Both the position numbers and the translations under genes were made by a program. A stretch of 41,339 nt of DNA from a virus. Of the stretch, positions 26,552 through 35,357 are shown piece after piece (position 1 is the stretch's first letter; each line of letters begins with the position of its first letter). The DNA lies in IMG/VR virus record IMGVR_UViG_3300045988_044838, positions 1-41,339 of that record, one strand, 5' to 3'. The notes beneath the pieces were generated by a model. It did no database searches, had not been told where the DNA came from, and saw only the letters and a program-made list of their open reading frames with translations.

Positions 26552-26764
26552 TTACTCGTCCTCCATTTTACACAGCTCGTCCAAACTAATGTGATAATAT
26601 GCCGCAATCAATTTTAAAGCTGTCATCTTCGGTTCGACCTCTCCTCGCTCATATTTCCGAAGCGCATCCGGGCTTAACCCCATCAACTGTGATGTGACCG
26701 TCATGCTCCGAACTGGCCGCATAGTCTCCCGCAACTTTCTCAGCCTTTCCGGGAACTCACCCAT
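26552..26764 (-). CDS. Small XRE-family HTH protein
   Basis: The ATG at 26764 follows AGAAGGAGGA. ...SQLMGLSPDALRKYERGEVEPKMTALKLIAAYY is a Cro/C1-type HTH. Confidence 0.75.
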   Translation of the reverse strand: MGEFPERLRKLRETMRPVRSMTVTSQLMGLSPDALRKYERGEVEPKMTALKLIAAYYHISLDELCKMEDE

Positions 26765-26933
26765 CCATATCCTCCTTCTTGATCCAATACCGTCCCGCGC
26801 AGCGGTGGGCGGTAACGCAGGCGGTAGAAATCCGGCAGGGGCGAACACCAACATCCTCTGCTGCAGATTTGATCGACGGATACTCCTTCCGCTGGCCGTG
26901 ACGATCAATGGAGATCACTTCGGTTTCAGTCAT
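26757..26933 (-). CDS. Small NUMOD1/HTH-like protein (58 aa); not in the ORF track
   Basis: The product is MTETEVISIDRHGQRKEYPSIKSAAEDVGVRPCRISTACVTAHRCAGRYWIKKEDMDG. Its start overlaps the upstream stop and its stop overlaps the downstream ATG. Confidence 0.5.
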   Translation of the reverse strand: MTETEVISIDRHGQRKEYPSIKSAAEDVGVRPCRISTACVTAHRCAGRYWIKKEDMDG

Positions 26934-27237
26934 TGTTTGCCTCCTTGCTTTTCACCCAATTTTTGCACCCTTCCTGCGGATCAAAGTCCTTCTCAATTTC
27001 ACACCCAATGCAGTTAAAACAAGTGCGTGGTTCATCATCCTCCACCACCTCATAGCCCATCAGGCGGGCGGCTCCGTGGGGATGCGATTCGGTATAATCG
27101 GCGCACGAATAACCAGAAATAAACGCCTCTTTTCCAATGGGGCACGTCCCCGGATTGCAACAGTTACATTCAAAAACGGAATCAAGTGCATCGTCTGCAT
27201 CGTACACTTCCCCCGTCTCAGGGTCCCGAAACTTCAT
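26926..27237 (-). CDS. Cys-rich hypothetical protein
   Basis: The ATG at 27237 follows AAAGGAGG. It contains multiple CxxC motifs. Confidence 0.6.
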   Translation of the reverse strand: MKFRDPETGEVYDADDALDSVFECNCCNPGTCPIGKEAFISGYSCADYTESHPHGAARLMGYEVVEDDEPRTCFNCIGCEIEKDFDPQEGCKNWVKSKEANND

Positions 27238-27526
27238 GGTCGGCCTCCTTTCGCTGGCCGTAGGCACAGAAAAAATCTGGGTCAGGAAAAAAATCATTGT
27301 TAATAGTATCAGAATGGATGCAAATCAGTAAATCTAAGGACTGGCAATCCCCAATCTTACCGTAATTTTCGCACTCCCGGCACCTGACCACAGACACGGC
27401 GTCGATGGTGGGAGCATCACAAATCAAATTAAGAAAATTACGGTTACAGTTACGTTCAATGCCAGTTGACCCTTTATATTGTTTCTCAACTTCGTCATAA
27501 ATCGTGTCAACATCAGCTAACCTCAT
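27218..27526 (-). CDS. Cys-rich hypothetical protein
   Basis: The ATG at 27526 follows AAGGAGGA. Confidence 0.6.
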   Translation of the reverse strand: MRLADVDTIYDEVEKQYKGSTGIERNCNRNFLNLICDAPTIDAVSVVRCRECENYGKIGDCQSLDLLICIHSDTINNDFFPDPDFFCAYGQRKEADHEVSGP

Positions 27527-27824
27527 GCTCGTCCTCCTTGTCCATGCGAGCGCCGCACGAAGGGCAGTATCTTGACTTTTTACCGCTCCATTCTCCGCAT
27601 TCACTACAGATCAATTTGTGTGTTCCGCTCGGCCATTTGTCTCTAACCCATCTCCCGTGCCGCACCTCCGCAACGTCGGCGGCGGAGATAGCCATAAGTT
27701 CGGATACGCAATCCTCAAAAATCTGTGCAGCTCTTTCGTCGTTTTCTTCTTCGCAATCACGGCGATAGTTCTCAAATTTCTTGACAGCAACCGCCCTCTC
27801 GATGTACTCCTTCATTCGCTCCAC
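27513..27824 (-). CDS. Hypothetical protein with C-terminal zinc ribbon
   Basis: It contains CSECG...CPSCG. Confidence 0.6.
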   Translation of the reverse strand: MERMKEYIERAVAVKKFENYRRDCEEENDERAAQIFEDCVSELMAISAADVAEVRHGRWVRDKWPSGTHKLICSECGEWSGKKSRYCPSCGARMDKEDEHEVS

Positions 27825-28069
27825 CTCCGTTCGTGATCGTCCACAATCCGTTGAATGATTTCCAACTCTTCATCTGTCAGCGTCCGGTTCCACGCAATGG
27901 AGAAATCGCCCGTACACCGATTCGGGCAGGCCGTACACTCGCAACGGTTGGCGTTGCTGGTATCATTCACCCTGAATGGGCAGCTGTGGTTATAGCAGTC
28001 AGTTCTAATCCCTAATTCCCGTTCGACAAATTCAGTGGGATACATCGGCGGTATAGTTTTATTCTCCAT
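27812..28069 (-). CDS. Cys-rich hypothetical protein
   Basis: 85-aa ORF, coupled to its neighbours. Confidence 0.55.
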   Translation of the reverse strand: MENKTIPPMYPTEFVERELGIRTDCYNHSCPFRVNDTSNANRCECTACPNRCTGDFSIAWNRTLTDEELEIIQRIVDDHERRWSE

Positions 28070-28556
28070 CCTGCTCCCTCCGTAGTGCGGCCTCTTCGCG
28101 GGTCAGGAAAACAGTTTTTCCGAAATCTTCAGGTATCAAATAACCGTTCCAAATCGGATATGTAATCTCTCCATCTGCGTTAATTTGTGCGCCATCAAGA
28201 CGGCTTACGCTCGGACAGTCATCACCTATGCGCCACTGATAGATAGTTTGATCTGGCTTTGCAGGCAGCACCACGCACCGCCCCTCACGATCCGCCTGGG
28301 CCAGTTTGCGGAGGCGGGTATATGTTACAGCGCAACCGCAGGACACGCCATTCAAAAGCTCCACAAGGCCTTTCTCACGAGATTTAAGTGCTCCTATCTC
28401 TTCCGGCTCCAGGCCCGTTTCCTCGTAGGCTGCGAGGCGGTCAACAATAGCAGTGGCCTCAAACTCTCCACGACAATAGTTCCCTGTCAGGCTATCCTCT
28501 CTAACCCCTTCTGCTCCATGAGCATAGCCGCAGATATACGTTGTCAAGCGTTCCAT
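28059..28556 (-). CDS. Hypothetical protein
   Basis: The ATG at 28556 follows AAAGGAGGA, directly after the upstream stop. Confidence 0.6.
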   Translation of the reverse strand: MERLTTYICGYAHGAEGVREDSLTGNYCRGEFEATAIVDRLAAYEETGLEPEEIGALKSREKGLVELLNGVSCGCAVTYTRLRKLAQADREGRCVVLPAKPDQTIYQWRIGDDCPSVSRLDGAQINADGEITYPIWNGYLIPEDFGKTVFLTREEAALRREQDGE

Positions 28557-28557
28557 G

Positions 28558-29001
28558 TCAGTCCTCCTTTTCACCGTCCCACTTCCATGCGGGGCAAAGT
28601 TTGTGCAGGTCCTCTACTGCCGCATCCCTTTCCTGTTTTACCCGTTCCAGCTCAGCTTGTACGGCTTCCAACTCCTCGTGCGCCTTGATGATTTCCGTTT
28701 TAGCACAGACGATAGGGCAGTCGTGGCACTTATCCTCATAGTGTTTCAGACGGGCGATCTCTGCCCCGGCCTGTTCCAGCTCGGCAAACGTGGATGTGAT
28801 TCCTTCATCCCCTCCATACATATCCCATTGGGCCCGCAAGTCGTTCAGCTCGGCCCGCAGCTGCTCGTTTTCGGCCTGGAGCGTGGAGAGGGCGGTCAAG
28901 CACTCCACCATATCATGAAACGTCTCCTCCGGGTTGTTCTCCACCGTACTGTACCCGTGGTAGTTATGTTTCAGCCGCTCAATCAGCTTCTCAATGTCCA
29001 T
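28558..29001 (-). CDS. Coiled-coil hypothetical protein
   Basis: 147 aa, heptad-rich. Confidence 0.6.
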   Translation of the reverse strand: MDIEKLIERLKHNYHGYSTVENNPEETFHDMVECLTALSTLQAENEQLRAELNDLRAQWDMYGGDEGITSTFAELEQAGAEIARLKHYEDKCHDCPIVCAKTEIIKAHEELEAVQAELERVKQERDAAVEDLHKLCPAWKWDGEKED

Positions 29002-29198
29002 CAGGTGTCTTCCTCCCCCTCCGGCTCGTAGTAAACAAAATCCGTCCCTGCATTTGGCTTATGCAGTGCCAATGCCACAGGGTCAATGCAGTTATAACAC
29101 GGGGCCTCAACGGTCATTTTGTTTTTGTGCCTGCAGGTTCTGCATGGCGGCACATCTGCTCTCTGGCCGTCTGCCCTGATTTCATAGTGCCCTTTCAT
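29001..29198 (-). CDS. Small Cys-rich protein
   Basis: 65 aa with CRTC and CYNC motifs. Confidence 0.55.
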   Translation of the reverse strand: MKGHYEIRADGQRADVPPCRTCRHKNKMTVEAPCYNCIDPVALALHKPNAGTDFVYYEPEGEEDT

Positions 29199-29341
29199 GC
29201 TTCTCCCTCCGGCGGTCGGCGGTAGGCAGTGACTCCGTCATCTTTCATCTCATCGTTGTCGTAATATTCATTTCTGCCCCCAAGATTACTGGTGAGAATT
29301 ACGCAGTTGGCCGTTTCCACCACTTCAATCAACGCCCACAT
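29195..29341 (-). CDS. Possible 48-aa ORF filling the 29199-29364 gap; not in the ORF track
   Basis: The product is MWALIEVVETANCVILTSNLGGRNEYYDNDEMKDDGVTAYRRPPEGEA. Its stop overlaps the next ATG (ATGA). Confidence 0.35.
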   Translation of the reverse strand: MWALIEVVETANCVILTSNLGGRNEYYDNDEMKDDGVTAYRRPPEGEA

Positions 29342-29364
29342 TTTCGTGCAGGCACTTCTTGCAA

Positions 29365-29754
29365 TCAAACTCTGCCATCTTTCAGCGCCTCCAATCTCTC
29401 CATCACCATCTGCACGGCTTCGTCCGTCATGGGTGCGCCGCAGTGGGGGCAGAAATTTTCATCTTTCACATAAAGGGCTATCGCAAATGCTTCGTGCCCA
29501 CACTTTGAGCATTTAACAACAGCAAAGTGGTCTGTTTCGGTTGTATGGCTATAATTCCACTCACCCCTCCACACCTTCTCCACCTGCTCCCGGCTGACGG
29601 GGCGGAGGGCGGTGAGGATAGTGTCCAATACAAGCTTGAACGACACAGCCATACCAGCCGCTATAAACGAACCTTGACCCTCGTATTCATCGGTCAGTTC
29701 TTTAAGGCTATCATTCAAAATTTTAGCTTTTGCGATTGCTTCTTCCAGCTTCAT
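29365..29754 (-). CDS. Hypothetical protein with zinc ribbon
   Basis: The ATG at 29754 overlaps the upstream stop. It contains CSKCGH...CPHCG. Confidence 0.6.
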   Translation of the reverse strand: MKLEEAIAKAKILNDSLKELTDEYEGQGSFIAAGMAVSFKLVLDTILTALRPVSREQVEKVWRGEWNYSHTTETDHFAVVKCSKCGHEAFAIALYVKDENFCPHCGAPMTDEAVQMVMERLEALKDGRV

Positions 29755-29999
29755 AGTTGGGCCTCCCTCTCTATCTTCTCTTTGACGGCTGACAGGATGA
29801 AATCTCGGTTCAGCACATACAGGTCCGTAATTCCGTGCTCCTTGCACATCTTGATGATCTCGTCCATGATGTAGTTTTTGATATCTTCTTTCCAGAGGAC
29901 AACCGCCTGTATCGTTGCAGAGGCCACGGTGTTTCCATCCTCGTCTGTTCTGACTTGCAAAGCTGGTTCTCCAATGCCAAAATACTCTCCGAGGTTCAT
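29751..29999 (-). CDS. Hypothetical protein
   Basis: The ATG at 29999 overlaps the methyltransferase stop (ATGA). Confidence 0.55.
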   Translation of the reverse strand: MNLGEYFGIGEPALQVRTDEDGNTVASATIQAVVLWKEDIKNYIMDEIIKMCKEHGITDLYVLNRDFILSAVKEKIEREAQL

Positions 30000-30505
30000 T
30001 CCATCCCCTCCAGCATCTCCATCTCCTCCAACTTCATAAAGCACGCCCAGAAAGTACGGCTTTGCTTCCCGCTGTGATGCCCAAATAGAGGCTTTTGCCC
30101 AATGGCTTTCCAAACATCCGCTGCTGGAATGTCATACTCAGACCACTTAAAGATAAGCACCCCATCCGGTTTAAGCACTCGCATACACTCCCTGAAACCG
30201 TCATGGAGCATCTTCGGCCAGCTCTCGTCCAGTTTCCCATATTTCTTGACGAGCCAAGCCGTCTCTTTCGCCCCAGTCAGATGGGGCGGGTCAAATACCA
30301 CCAGATGGAATGAGTTATCTGTGAACGGCAGGTTTGTAAAATCACATACCACATCAGGATTGATGTCCAGCATACAGTTACCGGCGTTCTTCCAAAGATG
30401 ATGGTACTGCTCCCGACGCTTATCACAGTAGACCGCCGCCGGGTGGTGCTTATTGAACCAGATAGACCTTGCACCACAAGTCACATCAAGAATTTTCTTT
30501 TCCAT
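29996..30505 (-). CDS. Small SAM-dependent (probably DNA) methyltransferase
   Basis: It has a motif I-like ILDVTCGARS and a motif IV-like VVFDPPHL. Confidence 0.65.
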   Translation of the reverse strand: MEKKILDVTCGARSIWFNKHHPAAVYCDKRREQYHHLWKNAGNCMLDINPDVVCDFTNLPFTDNSFHLVVFDPPHLTGAKETAWLVKKYGKLDESWPKMLHDGFRECMRVLKPDGVLIFKWSEYDIPAADVWKAIGQKPLFGHHSGKQSRTFWACFMKLEEMEMLEGME

Positions 30506-30773
30506 AGATTTTCTCCATCTCCTCCGCGCTCAGAATCGGCGCGCGAGTGTTCCATTCCAGGCGGGCTTGCTCTGTATCCTGAAATCCTTCACAGTAAACG
30601 CTTGGGCCTTGCCAGCCGCAATCATCGCACTGATACCAGACCTCATTGTGTCTGTACCAATCCACGATATTGTCGCTACCGCATCCAGGGCACGGCACCA
30701 GCACCCCCGCATCCGTCAGCCGCTTGGCTGCCTCGTGGTCGCCCAGCAAGGCGCGCTTTGTATCATCCATCAT
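30486..30773 (-). CDS. Lar-family restriction-alleviation-like protein
   Basis: The ATG at 30773 follows GGAAAGGAAGAGAG. It contains PCPGCG....CDDCGW....EQARLEWNTRAP. Confidence 0.6.
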   Translation of the reverse strand: MMDDTKRALLGDHEAAKRLTDAGVLVPCPGCGSDNIVDWYRHNEVWYQCDDCGWQGPSVYCEGFQDTEQARLEWNTRAPILSAEEMEKIYGKENS

Positions 30774-31000
30774 GCTCTCTTCCTTTCCAGCGGGCAGCTC
30801 TCGATGGCGTATGTAGTCACCCATGTTTTCCGCCCGCCCCGGTTTCTCCCAACAATGAACGTCCGTTTCTTGGCCGTCCAACCCGGCACGGGTTTCTCCT
30901 CCCGCAGCCAGGGACACTGGCCGATCGGGAAGCAGCAATCCATGCAGGGGTTGGCCGAATACCGCCGGATGGGGACCAGGTATTGTTCAAGTTCGCCCAT
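30770..31000 (-). CDS. Cys-rich hypothetical protein
   Basis: The ATG at 31000 comes directly after the upstream stop at 31002. It contains NPCMDCCFPIGQCPW. Confidence 0.5.
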   Translation of the reverse strand: MGELEQYLVPIRRYSANPCMDCCFPIGQCPWLREEKPVPGWTAKKRTFIVGRNRGGRKTWVTTYAIESCPLERKRA

Positions 31001-31001
31001 A

Positions 31002-31466
31002 TCACCACACCAGCATCGCTCCGCAGGACTCGCAGAAGCGCGGTTTTGCCTGAGCATGATCCTGATTGAAGAACTTCCCACAGCATGGGCAATTTGCGCC
31101 ATGTTCTGAAAGAATCACGTTCTGCTGAAGTTCATTCTTCAGGATGCCGTCAATGGTATCAACCAGTGCAAGGCAATTTTCCTGTGTAGGCTCTTTTCGC
31201 GCCCGTGTCCTTGCCTGCTCTGACAACCGTAAAATTTTCTCCCGTTCATAGGCGGTGTTGTCGCGGAAGTTATCAGAACCGATTTCCTCCATCATCTGCT
31301 TTCCGATTTGTCTTTTCTCGACGGACGCCTGCTCCGGCGTGATTGCTTTTGCGTTGAACCTGCGGTATAATAAAACCATCGCTTGAAATGCCCGCTGTTC
31401 TGACAGACATAACCCGTCCGGCATAGGGCCCTCTCTGGAGGCGATTTCCTCCCATCTGAATGTCAT
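31002..31466 (-). CDS. Hypothetical protein with C-terminal zinc ribbon
   Basis: AAAGGAGAAGAAA lies upstream of the ATG. It contains CPCCG...CESCG. Confidence 0.65.
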   Translation of the reverse strand: MTFRWEEIASREGPMPDGLCLSEQRAFQAMVLLYRRFNAKAITPEQASVEKRQIGKQMMEEIGSDNFRDNTAYEREKILRLSEQARTRARKEPTQENCLALVDTIDGILKNELQQNVILSEHGANCPCCGKFFNQDHAQAKPRFCESCGAMLVW

Positions 31467-31481
31467 TTTCTTCTCCTTTCA

Positions 31482-31687
31482 GGTTCCCCGGTATTCCCCG
31501 GCGGTTCCCCGGTCGGTTCCCCGGTGCAAGCCTTAGAGCCGCAACGGGTTCCCCGGGTTCCCCGGTCAAACGGAGATTTCCTATATAGAGCGAATATTTT
31601 GAACGCTTTAACTAATTAAAGTTCTCAAAATTATTTTATATATAAGGGGTGTCCGAAATAGCGGGGAACACCGGGGAACCGGGGAAC
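31482..31687. repeat. Iteron array flanking an AT-rich spacer: candidate replication origin
   Basis: GGTTCCCCGG (one variant, TATTCCCCGG) starts at 31482, 31492, 31503, 31515, 31547 and 31556. Inverted copies (CC)GGGGAAC lie at 31663-31669, 31671-31680 and 31679-31687. They flank a roughly 95-bp AT-rich segment at 31566-31660. Confidence 0.7.
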
Positions 31688-31688
31688 T

Positions 31689-33503
31689 TTAATCAATCAA
31701 TTCTGTCGAATATGCACAAATATCAGTGCTGTCTTTTATGCAAACACACCTGGGATGCATTTTGCCAATCAGCTTCTTTTTGGTGTTGTAGTCCCGGTCT
31801 GTGTCGAGTATTCCGCGCCGCTTTGCCCATGACAGGAACGACGCCGGGTTAAATCCTTCCCTCATCATCTCCCGGTCAAAGACCGATTTAATGATACAGA
31901 TATAGCCATCACGGAGTACCCCCCAGGTCTCCGTTTTTTCATCTTCCGGGTCAAACTTTGATTGGTTGGAAGCTACAAAATCCATGATCCAGTCTATCGC
32001 CCGTTCGTTCTGGTCAACGTCTGATTTGTCCGTCAGATATGGACACATCTCATTGACTTTGAGAGCGTTGCCGTCTTGAAATATCCATTTCTCTGCCAGA
32101 TAATCGGCTGTCAGGATCATCGCTCCAGCCATTGCCTGTTTCTCGGTGCTGGAACCCCTCTGTAAATCGGCATAGAAGCCCTTATAAGCCATCCTGGCCT
32201 CATCCATGTAATCAGACAGGCACTCCACGAAAATCCGTCCAGCGAAGCCGTAGTTGCGTCTGACGGTATCTGCGACAGTCTGCGGGTCCTGAAAGAGCTT
32301 TTCGTCTTTACAGTCGACCTCGACGATCCGGTTCACAGCGCCGCCGCCGGAAGCTCCGGTTGTGATGGGCTGCTCTCCGGTTGTGATAATGCAGTTTTTC
32401 CAGGTCTGTATTCTCTGTAAGCCGCCCGCCTTTGCGCCCCGCCCCTTGCCGATGCCCTCTGTCAGCATATAGATCAGGCGGTCGAAGTCTGCCCGCTCTT
32501 TGATGCATTGCAGCTCGTCCAGGCAAAGAGGAAGGGAGTTGCAGAAACCGGCCATCATTTCTTGGCCCACATAGGTACTGTTGAATGTGTGGATGTAGCT
32601 TCCCATGGACGGGTTTGCCCAAACGCTGGCGGCTGCCATCAGTCCAACCGTCTTGCCAGCCTCTGTACCGCCCCATATATGAGTAAAGAACGGAAGACCA
32701 CCCAGCGGTTCCACCAGAGCAGAGGCGAACGATGCTGCAAGCATAATCCTGGCAATGGTCCCATTTGCTCTGATCGTTCGCATCAGGCTCAGCCATTCAT
32801 CGTAGTCTCCCTGGGGGCATACGCTGTCAAACATGTGCTTGTAGGACAGGTCTCCATCATATTTGAGTTCTTCCACATAAGGAGAAAAACCGTAATCTCC
32901 GATCCAGCCCAGCCGTCCAACACTGTTTGTTTCCGGGATCTTGTCGTAGTTTTCGGACTCCAAAAACGTCAGGTATTTTACCAGCTCTTTTGCGCTCTCA
33001 CTGTCAACAGCGATACCGTATCTTGAGAGGTCCACGATCTTGCTTGCGCTTGATAGCGTGGACTTGTCAAATACTTTCACTTGCCAGCGCAAGCCGCGTT
33101 TATAGGCGATCTCCAGCTTGACTTCACCCGTGTCGATGTTGATGAGACGGCCCACCGGCATGATCGGATGTCGGCAAACAATGATCTCTCTGCCAGCAAA
33201 ATCCAGGCAGGTCACTCCAGCGTCATCACAGGTGTATTCCCCGCAGTAAAGTTCCATCGGCTGGCCGTCAAAATCAGTGACATTTTCGATGTCCCGGCCT
33301 TCAGCTTTGCGCTTCTCCGAAAGAAACGCATTCCACTTTGTGATGAAGTTCTTGACGCCGATGGCTCCAGCCTTTTCCTTGATGGCATCCCGGAGCTGAA
33401 GCATCACAAATTTGTTATCTCTAAAAGCGTACAGCCATTCAAACGGTTCGGGTGTCTGATATGTCTCCCGTGTCCAGTCCGGGATTTCGGGGAGATTGTT
33501 CAA
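31689..33503 (-). CDS. Replicative P-loop helicase/primase-associated protein (DUF927-like)
   Basis: It has Walker A GGTEAGKT and Walker B LCLDE. The track ORF extends to 33581. The TTG at 33503 after GAAAGAGGTGGG is the best-supported start. Confidence 0.8.
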   Translation of the reverse strand: MNNLPEIPDWTRETYQTPEPFEWLYAFRDNKFVMLQLRDAIKEKAGAIGVKNFITKWNAFLSEKRKAEGRDIENVTDFDGQPMELYCGEYTCDDAGVTCLDFAGREIIVCRHPIMPVGRLINIDTGEVKLEIAYKRGLRWQVKVFDKSTLSSASKIVDLSRYGIAVDSESAKELVKYLTFLESENYDKIPETNSVGRLGWIGDYGFSPYVEELKYDGDLSYKHMFDSVCPQGDYDEWLSLMRTIRANGTIARIMLAASFASALVEPLGGLPFFTHIWGGTEAGKTVGLMAAASVWANPSMGSYIHTFNSTYVGQEMMAGFCNSLPLCLDELQCIKERADFDRLIYMLTEGIGKGRGAKAGGLQRIQTWKNCIITTGEQPITTGASGGGAVNRIVEVDCKDEKLFQDPQTVADTVRRNYGFAGRIFVECLSDYMDEARMAYKGFYADLQRGSSTEKQAMAGAMILTADYLAEKWIFQDGNALKVNEMCPYLTDKSDVDQNERAIDWIMDFVASNQSKFDPEDEKTETWGVLRDGYICIIKSVFDREMMREGFNPASFLSWAKRRGILDTDRDYNTKKKLIGKMHPRCVCIKDSTDICAYSTELID

Positions 33504-34038
33504 GTTCCCACCTCTTTCCTTCTGCCAACAGCAGGTCATATTTGATTGCATCCATGCTTTTGAGCGCCCATGCAAATGCACAGGTCAATTCATCCGGATC
33601 ACTTGGCTGAAGGTTTCGGATCAGCTCATCCGCCATATCATACCGGCGCTCCAGTTCATTGCATTTGGCGTTTATCTCTGCAAGCTGTCTGTCATGCTCT
33701 CTGACTGCCATGATCGCGCTCTGACGGGCCTTACGCTCTCTGTACGTGATGGGCCGTGAAATACCGATCCCCAAGTTAAAATCGCTGTTAAGGCGTCCCA
33801 TGGCCTCTCTGAAAGAGCAGTTAAACAACAGCATGGCGAAGTCAATGACGCTGCCATGCGCCCCGCAGCCGAAACAATGGAAGCCACCAGAACCCGGATA
33901 GATATGTAGACTTGCCTGTCGGTCTCCCGCATGGAACGGGCAGCGAATGCAGTTTGCACGATCGACCTGAAATCCGTAATGCTCGACTACTTCCCGCATG
34001 GTGAGCCGCTGCCTGATTTCTTCAGCATTCCGGTTCAT
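33439..34038 (-). CDS. CHC2 zinc-finger protein (DnaG-type primase finger)
   Basis: It contains CPFHAGDRQASLHIYPGSGGFHCFGCGAHG. The ATG at 34038 overlaps the upstream stop. Confidence 0.8.
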   Translation of the reverse strand: MNRNAEEIRQRLTMREVVEHYGFQVDRANCIRCPFHAGDRQASLHIYPGSGGFHCFGCGAHGSVIDFAMLLFNCSFREAMGRLNSDFNLGIGISRPITYRERKARQSAIMAVREHDRQLAEINAKCNELERRYDMADELIRNLQPSDPDELTCAFAWALKSMDAIKYDLLLAEGKRWELEQSPRNPGLDTGDISDTRTV

Positions 34039-34537
34039 CTGGCAGGCCCTCCAACCGCTCTTTAAGCTCCCGGTACAAGACATCGTGGATCAGCTGGCCG
34101 CTCGTTTCTTCTTTGCAGAATAGGATCTGGCAGTTGTAGCGAGACAACCAGGCCGTCATGCTTGCCACCAGGGACTCCGGCTTCATCTGACTGCGATAGA
34201 CCCCAGCATAGGCTTTTTCCCAATCTCCGTTTTCAATCAAGAGATAGACCTTCGCGTTGGCCTGTTTGGCCCGCTCAAACTCCCGCTCGAACCGTTTGCG
34301 GTCCTGGCAATAGCAGTGAGCAATTTCATCCAGGTCCATCTTCCGCTCGATCACAACGGTATCCCGCAGGTCCAGACGTTCACACCTTGCAGAGTAATCG
34401 CCAAACGGCAGCGTCACCCGTTCCACGGGGAGACCGATGGAGGTCAGGCGCTTCCTGGCCCTCACCGTGTCCTGTTCCCGTGTGTCTACCAGACAGACCA
34501 TGCTGGAAAGCTGGCGTTTCACTTCTACTGGGTGCAT
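34022..34537 (-). CDS. ERCC4-type nuclease
   Basis: It has VDTREQ ... FGDY ... ERKMDLDE motifs. Confidence 0.7.
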   Translation of the reverse strand: MHPVEVKRQLSSMVCLVDTREQDTVRARKRLTSIGLPVERVTLPFGDYSARCERLDLRDTVVIERKMDLDEIAHCYCQDRKRFEREFERAKQANAKVYLLIENGDWEKAYAGVYRSQMKPESLVASMTAWLSRYNCQILFCKEETSGQLIHDVLYRELKERLEGLPDEPEC

Positions 34538-34546
34538 GGAACCGCC

Positions 34547-35128
34547 TTACTTCCAAGGAAATTCCATGTGGTCAGGGATCGTTCCCTCTTCAGACCATTC
34601 AGGAATTGCCGGGGTGCTGTTCTGTTTGTTCTTCAGAGGCTTGTCCTTCGGCATTTTGAATTTGCCGTCCTTGATGTCTCCGACACAGGCAAGGGCACAT
34701 GCTCTGGTAGACCAGCCAGTGTTTCCGTTGTACTCCCATTCCTCGTTGCGGAACAGAATGCCGACAGTCTTGCCTTTCAGAGTGGCCTCGTCCCAATTCC
34801 AGTGATAGCCAGGGTTTCCATCCTCAATGCAGTAGATGGCATTATTGAAGGTCCGCTTCGTCCAACCATCCTTTTCGCTGCCATCGTCCTTGGGGACATT
34901 CAGACGGTAGGCCCCCCGCCAGCGGCGGTCTTCACCAGTTTGGCTGTCAAAATCCTTTTTGAAAAAACCGGCGTAGGGGCCTTCCAGAATATCAAAGGAG
35001 ATCAAAAGTACATGGCCCCAGTCATAGTAGATTTCCTCCGCGTTGAGGATCTTCGCCACATAGCCACCAACCGGGAGCTGTTCTCTGGCCACGCTTTTCT
35101 CTGCCTTAAATCCGCTGAATTGTTTCAT
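34547..35128 (-). CDS. DUF669-like protein (SSB-like partner of Sak4-type ATPases)
   Basis: The ATG at 35128 follows CGGAGGATG. It has an LPVGGYVAKI... pattern. Its position is adjacent to the AAA_24-like ATPase. Confidence 0.6.
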   Translation of the reverse strand: MKQFSGFKAEKSVAREQLPVGGYVAKILNAEEIYYDWGHVLLISFDILEGPYAGFFKKDFDSQTGEDRRWRGAYRLNVPKDDGSEKDGWTKRTFNNAIYCIEDGNPGYHWNWDEATLKGKTVGILFRNEEWEYNGNTGWSTRACALACVGDIKDGKFKMPKDKPLKNKQNSTPAIPEWSEEGTIPDHMEFPWK

Positions 35129-35357
35129 TTTCATCCTCCGTTTCAATCGTTAATGGGCAATTCTGCCCGACATAGTGATCTGGATAGGCGCTGATCTCTC
35201 CAGTCAGAGCACAGGTCCGGCTCTGCTGGCGGAAAAACCGGCACTGGCGGCACGAACAATCGGCCACGCCTTTCCGGTCGACCGGGAAATATACGCTGAC
35301 GGTTGCCGTGCCTTTGATGTAGCTGGACACGCCAGACTCAAAACGGTTATATCTCAT
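35106..35357 (-). CDS. Cys-rich hypothetical protein
   Basis: The ATG at 35357 overlaps the end of the upstream gene. Confidence 0.5.
   Translation of the reverse strand: MRYNRFESGVSSYIKGTATVSVYFPVDRKGVADCSCRQCRFFRQQSRTCALTGEISAYPDHYVGQNCPLTIETEDENETIQRI

Noticed and set aside
31273-31569. 98-aa minus-strand ORF with PGE/PGN repeats
   Set aside because: Its repetitive sequence is just the translation of the GGTTCCCCGG iterons. It has no RBS and overlaps the real gene 31002..31466.
31482-31687. Possible CRISPR array
   Set aside because: The repeats are only about 10 bp, are nearly contiguous with no unique spacers of 25-40 bp, and include inverted copies. This is iteron geometry, not CRISPR.
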